From: an uncultured Candidatus Saccharibacteria bacterium
GTDB lineage: Bacteria; Patescibacteriota; Minisyncoccia; Phycocordibacterales; CSBR16-119
DNA: 64,000 nucleotides
Reading direction: 5' to 3'
Assembly (NCBI GenBank): GCA_964490365.1
Contig: CAZBAG010000002.1
Location: forward strand, 73,486-137,485
Part shown: piece after piece, positions 57,009 to 64,000 of the stretch
Position numbering within the stretch: position 1 is the stretch's first letter
Layout: each line of letters begins with the position of its first letter
The notes under the pieces: model-generated
Database searches by the model: none
What the model was told of the DNA's origin: nothing
Seen by the model: the letters and a program-made list of their open reading frames with translations, nothing else
Position numbers and translations under genes: made by a program

Positions 57009-57698
57009 ATGGATCAAGAAAAACAAGAAAATATACATAAAAAAAAGTTGATGGTTTCAATTCCTCAGGCAATTGTGGTGGCGGGTGTTCTTATTTCACT
57101 ATCGGTTATTTTTTCATCATCACAGTCATCAAACACTTCAGCTGAGCTTGGCTCAGTAAAACAGGTACCGATTCCTGAAGTTACTGAAGCTGACTTTATT
57201 TTGGGAAACAAAAATGCAGAGATTACTCTTGTAGAATATTCTGATTTTTCATGTGGTTTTTGTGCACGCTACCATCCAACCATGAAGCAAATTGTTGCTG
57301 AATACGACGGAAAGGTTCGCTGGGTATATAGACACTTGCCAATTTTTAATAAACCCGCAGCAGTTTCTGCATCGTGTGTTGGAAATACTCTCGGAGACAC
57401 TTCGTTTTTCTCATATACCGATACCTTGTTTGCAAACCAGAAAAATATCGACTCAGCCCTGCTAAAAAGGGAAGCTCTAGCACTCGGCATGACTGATTCT
57501 GACTATGAAGCATGTATTAATGACAAAGAATTGCAAGATACTATTACAAAAGAATTTACTGCGGTGCGGGTATTGGCCGGTTTTAATGCAACACCGTACA
57601 GTGTGTTAATTGATAAAAAAGGTAATATGCACCCATTTTCAGGTGCGTTGCCGTATGAAGAAGTATCTGCACTGATCGATTCATTATTAGCAAGTTAA
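57009..57698 (+). CDS. membrane-anchored DsbA-like thioredoxin-fold oxidoreductase
   Basis: TM anchor, a CGFC active site inside LVEYSDFSCGFCARYHP, and a DsbA-like length. Confidence 0.65.
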   Translation: MDQEKQENIHKKKLMVSIPQAIVVAGVLISLSVIFSSSQSSNTSAELGSVKQVPIPEVTEADFILGNKNAEITLVEYSDFSCGFCARYHPTMKQIVAEYDGKVRWVYRHLPIFNKPAAVSASCVGNTLGDTSFFSYTDTLFANQKNIDSALLKREALALGMTDSDYEACINDKELQDTITKEFTAVRVLAGFNATPYSVLIDKKGNMHPFSGALPYEEVSALIDSLLAS

Positions 57699-57712
57699 TG
57701 TAGTTTTACGTT

Positions 57713-58537
57713 ATGGAAATTATTAAATCAGGTGGTGTTCCAGAACAATTTAATCCTAAAAAACTGTGCGATTCAATCAAGCACGCTGGTGCGCCAACAA
57801 AGGTTGCAGATAGTATTTGTCAGATGGTTGCTCAAAAAGTAAAACCGGGAATTACTAGTTCAAATATTTTTAGAGATTCACTAAGGCATCTTATAAAAGA
57901 AGACTTGGATATTGCTGTCAGATATTCTCTTAAAAGAGGTATTAATTCTTTAGGTCCATCAGGTTTCTTATTTGAGCAGTATATTGAGGCTGTTCTTCGG
58001 GCATACGGCTATAAAACACGCAGAAATATCATGATGAAAGGTAAGGGCGTTATTCATGAAATTGATGTTGTTGCTGAAAAAGATAATCAAACATTTCTTG
58101 TTGAAGCAAAATATCGAAACGAAGAAGGTATCCGCACTCATATTAATGAAATGATGTACGCAGAATCTCGGGTTCGTGACATCAATAACCTTGAACAAAA
58201 TAAGAAAAAAAATAAACAGTTTGTCCCTTGGCTTATCACCAATACGAAGTTCACCGATACTGTCATAAAATATGCAAAAACATATAACTTACTTGTAACA
58301 GGTTGGACGTATCCAAAGGGAAAGTCACTCGAAGATCTTGTTATTGCAAAGAAAATATATCCGGTGACCGTTATTCCATCGATGACAAAAAGCGCTCTCG
58401 AGGAGATTGCAAAGAGGGGAATGATTTTGGCTCAAGACTTGCTACCATATTCTGCAGAAGATTTAGCTTTAGAATTTAACATTAATCCATACAAAGCAAA
58501 GGCTATTTTCCGAGAAGTTCAAGAGCTTATGAAGTAG
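57713..58537 (+). CDS. ATP-cone domain fused to Mrr-like (PD-(D/E)xK) restriction endonuclease domain
   Basis: N-terminal roughly 85 aa is an ATP-cone (IIKSGGVPEQFNPKKLCDSIKHAG...). The middle segment GFLFEQYIEAVLRAYGYKTRRN...GVIHEIDVVAEKDNQTFLVEAKY matches Mrr_cat with the EID...EAK catalytic arrangement. Confidence 0.55.
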   Translation: MEIIKSGGVPEQFNPKKLCDSIKHAGAPTKVADSICQMVAQKVKPGITSSNIFRDSLRHLIKEDLDIAVRYSLKRGINSLGPSGFLFEQYIEAVLRAYGYKTRRNIMMKGKGVIHEIDVVAEKDNQTFLVEAKYRNEEGIRTHINEMMYAESRVRDINNLEQNKKKNKQFVPWLITNTKFTDTVIKYAKTYNLLVTGWTYPKGKSLEDLVIAKKIYPVTVIPSMTKSALEEIAKRGMILAQDLLPYSAEDLALEFNINPYKAKAIFREVQELMK

Positions 58538-58579
58538 GGTATAATACAAAGGATTATAAATTTATTTTTTTAATGATAT

Positions 58580-59074
58580 ATGAATAAAAATTTACTTATT
58601 TCAGTTATTGTTGTTGTTGCTTTTGCGGCTGGTGTATACTTTGTCCTGCAAAATGCACCAGAGCGTGAAGTTATTAATAATCAATCAGAAACAGGACAAA
58701 CCGAACAATCTATGAATACTACACAAGAAACAGCAGATCAACCTATGGGAGAAGCTCCTGAAATGGTTGTTCTGAAAGAGGGAACAGGAGATATTGTTAC
58801 AAAAGAGGGCGACACGCTCAGTGTTGTCTATACAGGATATTTCACAGATGGAAAAGTTTTCGATTCAAATGTAGAATCTGGTCAAGCCTTTGAATTTACT
58901 CTTGGTGCTGGCCAAGTGATTGCTGGCTGGGATGTTGGACTTGTCGGTATGAAAGTTGGCGAAGTAAGAAGACTCAAACTTCCTCCAGCGTTTGCATACG
59001 GATCAAATGAAGTAGGTCCAATTCCTGCGAACTCTACACTTGTATTCGATGTAGAACTAAAAGCTATTAAATAA
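58580..59074 (+). CDS. FKBP-type peptidyl-prolyl cis-trans isomerase (secreted)
   Basis: N-terminal TM anchor. FKBP core VVYTGYFTDGKVFDSN...FTLGAGQVIAGWDVGLVGMKVGEVRRLKLPPAFAYG. Confidence 0.8.
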   Translation: MNKNLLISVIVVVAFAAGVYFVLQNAPEREVINNQSETGQTEQSMNTTQETADQPMGEAPEMVVLKEGTGDIVTKEGDTLSVVYTGYFTDGKVFDSNVESGQAFEFTLGAGQVIAGWDVGLVGMKVGEVRRLKLPPAFAYGSNEVGPIPANSTLVFDVELKAIK

Positions 59075-59079
59075 TCTCT

Positions 59080-59733
59080 ATGAATATTTCTCTTAAAGAA
59101 ATCTTTAGAACAAGTTGGAAACAGGTAAAAGCTAACTATAAATTTCTTATACCACTTTTTCTGATAGCAATAGTAATTTCTTTTGCCCTGAGTTTTGAAG
59201 GGGATGATATCTTTTCCTTGTCCGGTATTATATCACTACTCATTACTCCACTCTTGTATTTTGTAGTTACCAAAGTTTCGTTATACGTTGCAAGAAATGA
59301 AAAAATAGGATTCCACGACCTTTTTAAAGGTTTTAACCAGAGAACATATCTTCTGTTTTTGGCGATAAATATTTTTATGAGTATTGCTCTTATGTTGCTC
59401 ATTGGTCTCGGGGTTTTTGTTGCCTTTCTGCATCCGATTATCGGATCTCTTGTTTCGTTGGCAGTGCTCGTCGTAGTATCAATTATCTGTATTGGAGTAA
59501 TATTCTTCCCACAATTCCGTCTTATAGATGTAGGAAGCAGTTTTTGGCCTACGATAAAGGATTCTTTTATTCTGGGAAAGGGTAATAGAGTACTCCTTAT
59601 CAAGTTTGTCCTGATTGCTTTTGTACTCAATATAGTTGGGGCACTTTTGCTTGGAATTGGTTTACTTGTAACACTACCAATTACAACAATCGCTCTTGCT
59701 CATATCTACGAAAAAATTAAGATTATAAAATAA
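59080..59733 (+). CDS. hypothetical multi-TM membrane protein
   Basis: About 6 TM helices. Confidence 0.4.
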   Translation: MNISLKEIFRTSWKQVKANYKFLIPLFLIAIVISFALSFEGDDIFSLSGIISLLITPLLYFVVTKVSLYVARNEKIGFHDLFKGFNQRTYLLFLAINIFMSIALMLLIGLGVFVAFLHPIIGSLVSLAVLVVVSIICIGVIFFPQFRLIDVGSSFWPTIKDSFILGKGNRVLLIKFVLIAFVLNIVGALLLGIGLLVTLPITTIALAHIYEKIKIIK

Positions 59734-59742
59734 TAGATACGT

Positions 59743-60525
59743 ATGGAAAAAACATTACAAGACAGTATAAAAAATGCCCTCGGAGTAGTTACTATTGTAC
59801 TCTTGCTTCTTGCCGCATTTATTATTGTTCAAATTTTTAAAGGGTTAAAACAAAAAGGAGATTTTGACACGATCACCGTCGATGCTTCAGCTGAAACATT
59901 TGCAACGCCAGATATTGCTGAAATTTCTTTCTCGGTTATTAAGGAAGATAAAGAGCTTTCAGTTGCTCAAGCAAACGTTGATATCATTGTAAAATCAACC
60001 CTTGTTTCACTTAAGGCGTTGGGTATTGAAGATAAGGATATTAAAACTTCTTACTACAATGCGAATCCTCGATACGAATATGGAAAAGCTATTTGTATGC
60101 AATATCGATGCGATGACGGAGAACGAGCATTGGTTGGATACGAAGCAAATCAATCAATAACCGTTACTATTCGAAACTTAGATAATGTTGGCAAGGTGAT
60201 CTCAGCCCTTGGCTCAGCAGATGTTTCAAATATGTATGGTCCAAATTTCCGAATTGAAAATGAAGATAGCCTGAAGGCAGAAGTTCGAGAAGAAGCTATT
60301 GCTAAGGCAAAAGAAAAAGCAAAAGTGTTGGCAAAAAATCTTGATGTTCGAATTGTCGGTATTGAAAACTTCTCAGAAGGTTACGGTGGTGGAATGTATT
60401 ATGCAAAAGCAGAAATGGCAGCAGGGGACGCAATGAACCAAGCAGCTCCAGCATTTAGCCCAACACTTCCAACAGGAGAAAACAAAGTTCAAACAACAGT
60501 AACGATTACCTATCGAGTGAGATAA
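59743..60525 (+). CDS. SIMPL domain (DUF541) protein, membrane anchored
   Basis: TM anchor then ITVDASAETFATPDIAEISFSV...ANVDIIVKSTLVSLKALGIEDKDIKTSYYNANPRY, typical of SIMPL/26-kDa periplasmic immunogenic protein. Confidence 0.55.
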   Translation: MEKTLQDSIKNALGVVTIVLLLLAAFIIVQIFKGLKQKGDFDTITVDASAETFATPDIAEISFSVIKEDKELSVAQANVDIIVKSTLVSLKALGIEDKDIKTSYYNANPRYEYGKAICMQYRCDDGERALVGYEANQSITVTIRNLDNVGKVISALGSADVSNMYGPNFRIENEDSLKAEVREEAIAKAKEKAKVLAKNLDVRIVGIENFSEGYGGGMYYAKAEMAAGDAMNQAAPAFSPTLPTGENKVQTTVTITYRVR

Positions 60526-60535
60526 TAAAAGACAG

Positions 60536-60564
60536 AAAAAAGCGGGCCAGATGGCCCGCTTTTT
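60536..60564. terminator. terminator
   Basis: aaaaaagcgggccagatggcccgcttttt. Confidence 0.6.
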
Positions 60565-60763
60565 ATTTCCAAGGATTTATAGCCCTGTGTAATGGTGATA
60601 CATTATCCCAATCCCTTCGCAACTTTTCTTTATCAATTCCAAATCCTTTGAGTTTGGTCGGAAGATAAGTAGACAACTTTCTCTTTTGAGATTTGTCTTT
60701 TGGATAAAATATACCAACTACCCCAAAGATGGCCTCACGTATTGCTTTGAGTATGTACTCCAT
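60563..60763 (-). CDS. small hypothetical protein
   Basis: 66 aa, basic. No motif. Confidence 0.25.
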   Translation of the reverse strand: MEYILKAIREAIFGVVGIFYPKDKSQKRKLSTYLPTKLKGFGIDKEKLRRDWDNVSPLHRAINPWK

Positions 60764-60798
60764 TGTTTATGGTGTTTGCTCTGTTTATATCATACTCT

Positions 60799-60840
60799 TA
60801 ATCAAACAAAAAATCCCGCGAGGGATTTTTTGTTTGATTA
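60799..60840 (-). terminator. 17-bp perfect inverted repeat / terminator downstream of the 60838 gene
   Basis: aatcaaacaaaaaatccc gcga gggattttttgtttgatt. Confidence 0.55.
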
Positions 60841-61080
60841 TTTTGAAGCGAAGTATCCAAGAGCGATACCCATGATTGAGAGGGAGCCGATAATTGGTCC
60901 TAATACCCAAGCAGTATCAGGTGCAAATACTACAACAATCGCGACGATACCCACACAAAGCTGTGTGATCGTTTTGGTTATTTTTGCAAATACATTTTCT
61001 TGTTTGAGAGGTGCTGATGACTTACTTGTTTCAGGAGATTTTTCTGCAACTTTTTTTGTTGTTCTTTTTACGGTTGCCAT
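60838..61080 (-). CDS. small membrane protein
   Basis: 80 aa. Basic N-terminus followed by two hydrophobic helices. Confidence 0.35.
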   Translation of the reverse strand: MATVKRTTKKVAEKSPETSKSSAPLKQENVFAKITKTITQLCVGIVAIVVVFAPDTAWVLGPIIGSLSIMGIALGYFASK

Positions 61081-61326
61081 AATACTTTGAAAATTCTTAT
61101 GTAAAAATTATACACTATAAAAAAATAAAACAATACAAGTTTTGCACAACTTTATGGTGCAAAAAGTAAAATTTAATTTCTGATTTTAGGTTTTAGCGAA
61201 TATTTTATTATGTTGACAAAATCTATAAACAAGAGTATTCTCTAAATAACCCCGCGGGGGTTTTTTAGTAAGGGAAAACCTTATATACTACTCTTAGGGA
61301 TTAATAACTAATTTGGCGCTACCACT

Positions 61327-61503
61327 ATGAAATTTTTCACATATATTAAAGAATCGTTTGGGGAGATCAAGCATATTAAATGGCCAACAAAACGAGAAAC
61401 AGCAGCGTACACACTTGCAGTTATTGTTATTGCAGTACTTGTTGCGTACTATCTTGGTGTTTGGGATATTATTTTCACAAAAGGACTTGAGCAAATAATT
61501 TAA
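61327..61503 (+). CDS. secE: preprotein translocase subunit SecE (58 aa; below ORF-track cutoff)
   Basis: Manual translation MKFFTYIKESFGEIKHIKWPTKRETAAYTLAVIVIAVLVAYYLGVWDIIFTKGLEQII: a single TM helix with the conserved KW motif. Lies immediately upstream of nusG, as in the canonical secE-nusG-rplK cluster. Confidence 0.7.
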   Translation: MKFFTYIKESFGEIKHIKWPTKRETAAYTLAVIVIAVLVAYYLGVWDIIFTKGLEQII

Positions 61504-61509
61504 TTTTCT

Positions 61510-62055
61510 ATGGCAAAACAATCATTAGGAGAAAGAAATTGGTATGCAATTCACACCTATGCTGGGTATGAAAACGCAGTGCTTCGAAATCTAAAACAAC
61601 GAATCGAGTCTCTTGGTATGCAAGATAAGATTTTTGAAGTTATCGTTCCAACAGAAAAGAAAATAAAAATCAAAGGTGGCAAGCGCGTTGAAACAGAAGA
61701 AAAGATCTATCCTGGATACATTCTCGTGGATATGATCGTAACCGATGATTCTTGGTATGTTGTTCGAAATACACCACGAGTAACAGGTTTCGTTGGGGCA
61801 GGAGTGAACCCAGTTCCAGTCTCAGAGCAAGAAATCAATATTTTGTTTGGCAGAATGAAAGGAGACGAAAAGAATAAATTTAACATTGACGCTGAAGTGG
61901 GTGAGACAATCAAAATTGTTGACGGACCATTCAAAGATCTTGAAGGAAAAATCAATAGTATTGACAAAGAACGAGGAAAAATCAATGTATTAGTTTCAAT
62001 GTTTGGCCGCGAAACTCCAGTAGAGCTCGACTTTTTGCAAGTAAAGAAGCTCTAA
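61510..62055 (+). CDS. nusG: transcription termination/antitermination factor NusG
   Basis: NGN domain WYAIHTYAGYENAV and a C-terminal KOW (ETIKIVDGPFKDLEGKINSID). Confidence 0.85.
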   Translation: MAKQSLGERNWYAIHTYAGYENAVLRNLKQRIESLGMQDKIFEVIVPTEKKIKIKGGKRVETEEKIYPGYILVDMIVTDDSWYVVRNTPRVTGFVGAGVNPVPVSEQEINILFGRMKGDEKNKFNIDAEVGETIKIVDGPFKDLEGKINSIDKERGKINVLVSMFGRETPVELDFLQVKKL

Positions 62056-62179
62056 AGAGTTCTTGGCAAAAAGGGATAGTTAGTGTATAGTCATTGTGCT
62101 GTCTCTTGGAGATAAACTGGAGACACTCTTGTTCAGCCTCACACTTGTTCAAGAAAAGACGTATTAATTTAGATAGAAT

Positions 62180-62602
62180 ATGGCAAAGAAAATAACAAAA
62201 ACAGTAAAAATGCAGGTTCCAGCTGGAAAGGCAACACCTGCTCCACCGCTTGGTCCAGCACTTGGACAAGCTGGTGTGAACATCAGTGCGTTCGTGAATG
62301 AATTTAACGATCGTACAAAGCAAGATGTGGGGCACAAAGTTTCTGTGGTTCTACGAGTATTTGAAGACAGATCCTTTGAATTTGATGTAAAAACTCCACT
62401 TACAAAAAGTCTTATTTTGAAGGCTGCAGGACTTGAAAAGGGTTCAGGAAAGAATCGAACATCAAAAGTTGGTTCAATCACAAAGGCAAAAGTTCAGGAA
62501 ATTGCAGAGATTAAAATGAAAGATCTCAATGCAAAAGACCTAGAAGGTGCAATGAAAATTGTTTCTGGACAATGCAAATCAATGGGAATTGAGGTTAAAT
62601 AA
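62180..62602 (+). CDS. rplK: 50S ribosomal protein L11
   Basis: MAKKITKTVKMQVPAGKATPAPPLGPALGQAGVNI is typical of L11. Confidence 0.9.
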   Translation: MAKKITKTVKMQVPAGKATPAPPLGPALGQAGVNISAFVNEFNDRTKQDVGHKVSVVLRVFEDRSFEFDVKTPLTKSLILKAAGLEKGSGKNRTSKVGSITKAKVQEIAEIKMKDLNAKDLEGAMKIVSGQCKSMGIEVK

Positions 62603-62605
62603 TTA

Positions 62606-62634
62606 AAAGAACCCCTTTAAGGGGGTTCTTTTAA
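62606..62634 (+). terminator. terminator directly after rplK
   Basis: aaaagaacccctttaagggggttctttt. Confidence 0.6.
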
Positions 62635-62665
62635 TTTAGTCACTTTATAACGTATAATAGTAAAT

Positions 62666-63148
62666 ATGTCAGATAAACGACCATCTTGGGATGAATACTT
62701 TTTTGAGATTATTGACGCCGTGGCAAAACGAGCAACGTGTGATCGTGGACGAAGTGGCTGCGTAATAGCTAAAAATAAACGAATACTTGCGACAGGTTAT
62801 GTTGGCTCTCCTGCAGGATGTAAACACTGTGATGAAGCTGGTCATGAGATGCATAAAGTTACTAAAGAAGATGGAACAGAATCTAGTCACTGTATCCGAA
62901 CTGCTCATGCTGAGCAAAATGCCATAGCACATGCCGCATGTGTGGGCATTGCTCTAGAAGGCGCAACATTGTACTGCCAAATGACCCCATGTTACGTGTG
63001 TGCGAAGATGATTATAAATTCTGGAATTGAAAGAGTGGTGTCTCGCAATGACTACCATGCTGGTGCGCGAAGTAAAGAAGTTTTTGCTGAAGCTGGTGTT
63101 GCTTTTGAATTACTTAATAATCAAATTGAAAAATACGATAATCAATAA
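62666..63148 (+). CDS. deoxycytidylate (dCMP) deaminase / ComEB-like cytidine-deaminase fold
   Basis: Zinc-binding HAEQNAI and PCYVCAKMI motifs. Confidence 0.75.
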   Translation: MSDKRPSWDEYFFEIIDAVAKRATCDRGRSGCVIAKNKRILATGYVGSPAGCKHCDEAGHEMHKVTKEDGTESSHCIRTAHAEQNAIAHAACVGIALEGATLYCQMTPCYVCAKMIINSGIERVVSRNDYHAGARSKEVFAEAGVAFELLNNQIEKYDNQ

Positions 63149-63162
63149 TAGTTCACAAAATT

Positions 63163-63495
63163 ATGTCAGTTGATCTAAAAAAGCTTCAAGAAGAAGTGAT
63201 GAGAAATAAGATAGAGAAGGGGTTTAATACCACTGATGTGGCACTTGAATTTTGTCGTGCCCATGAGGAGCTTTCAGAAGCTTTTGCAAAGTTTCACAAA
63301 AATGAAGACGGTGTTGCAGAGGAGTTTGCTGACGTTGCAATTTTCTTATTAGGCATGTCTGAAATTTTGGGCTACGATCTAGAAAAAGAAATTACAAGAA
63401 AGATAGAAATAAACAAAAATAGAAAATACACCAAAACAAAATCTCCTGACGGTAAAGATATTTTTATACGAGTAAAAACAAAGGAGGATAACTAA
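63163..63495 (+). CDS. MazG-like nucleotide pyrophosphohydrolase (small all-alpha NTP-PPase)
   Basis: EELSEAFAKF...EEFADVAIFLLGMSEILGYDLEKEI is the EExxE/D metal-binding helix pattern. 110 aa. Confidence 0.6.
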   Translation: MSVDLKKLQEEVMRNKIEKGFNTTDVALEFCRAHEELSEAFAKFHKNEDGVAEEFADVAIFLLGMSEILGYDLEKEITRKIEINKNRKYTKTKSPDGKDIFIRVKTKEDN

Positions 63496-63509
63496 TTATT
63501 TAAAAACAG

Positions 63510-63537
63510 AAAGGCCGGACCCTTGGGTCCGGCCTTT
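63510..63537. terminator. bidirectional terminator
   Basis: aaaggccggacccttgggtccggccttt. Confidence 0.6.
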
Positions 63538-63553
63538 GCCGTTTGATGTGTTG

Positions 63554-64000
63554 TTACTTCACTTCATCTTTCTTGATGATCGTCTGTGTTCCACGCTTGA
63601 TGTCGAATTTGTCCGGATCCATGTTGGCGTAGAGCCTCATGTTCGGGAACATGCTCATCAAGTCTTTAGCCCAGAACTGAGCGATTCTCCGCACAGTCGG
63701 ATGGACGGTCTGTGGAGTTCGCAGTTCAACAATGTAGACAAGGTGTGCGAGACCAACCGAGAACTCGATCGATACCTTGTAGCCCATTGGTGTCAGATAC
63801 TGCTTGTCTTCGAGCGAAAGATCGAGCGCCTCGAGTCTATTTTGGTAGTTCTCAAGCCATTCGCGCACTTTTGCTGCCATGGGTTCAGGCATCTGCTTGA
63901 GATACCATTCCTCGAAGCCAAGTCCGGTGGTCAGAAGTGGCATGCTCTGATTCATACTACGCTGACGATGTAAGTCACGGAATGAGCGGAAGTCGATGGT
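63554..64000 (-). CDS. hypothetical protein, compositionally foreign (GC3 about 60%); N-terminus may lie beyond the window
   Basis: The reading frame is open to the window edge upstream of the listed Met. Codon usage is sharply different from the neighbours. No confident family assignment. Confidence 0.45.
   Translation of the reverse strand, partial: TIDFRSFRDLHRQRSMNQSMPLLTTGLGFEEWYLKQMPEPMAAKVREWLENYQNRLEALDLSLEDKQYLTPMGYKVSIEFSVGLAHLVYIVELRTPQTVHPTVRRIAQFWAKDLMSMFPNMRLYANMDPDKFDIKRGTQTIIKKDEVK

Overview
The window is AT-rich (roughly 35-38% GC), compact and gene-dense, and looks like a reduced-genome bacterium of the Candidate Phyla Radiation / Parcubacteria type. It probably lies near the replication origin, because it opens inside dnaN. 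The backbone is housekeeping. Replication and repair: dnaN, polA, holA-like, recJ, rnhA, fpg, and ruvC-yebC-ruvB with ruvA 15 kb away. Translation: tyrS, rpsT, rpmB, rplS, and a secE-nusG-rplK block with no rplA, plus tsaE, trmH and rluD. Envelope: class A PBP, pilB and pilM-like genes, a split ComEC, a DsbB-like protein, a VKOR protein and three thioredoxin-fold oxidoreductases. I found seven tRNA genes by hand: Lys-TTT, Arg-GCG, Ser-TGA, Val-TAC, Arg-TCT, Leu-GAG and His-GTG. The ORF track missed secE (58 aa). Accessory content: a 2781-aa surface protein with FN3-like modules, three near-identical ~290-bp internal DNA repeats and a C-terminal beta-helix. Two secreted proteins are driven by near-identical consensus sigma70 promoters; one of them has strongly foreign codon usage. 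Bacterial SET-domain, ATP-cone-Mrr nuclease, kinase-like, HIT and CYTH genes sit next to tRNAs. The most unusual non-coding signal is an identical 84-bp element next to both tRNA-Arg genes. In each case it lies between the tRNA and a 20-22 nt direct duplicate of that tRNA's own 3' end. tRNA-Leu and tRNA-Lys carry analogous duplicates of their 3' ends, which suggests a miniature tRNA-targeting integrative or mobile element family. No CRISPR array, rRNA gene or reverse transcriptase was seen.
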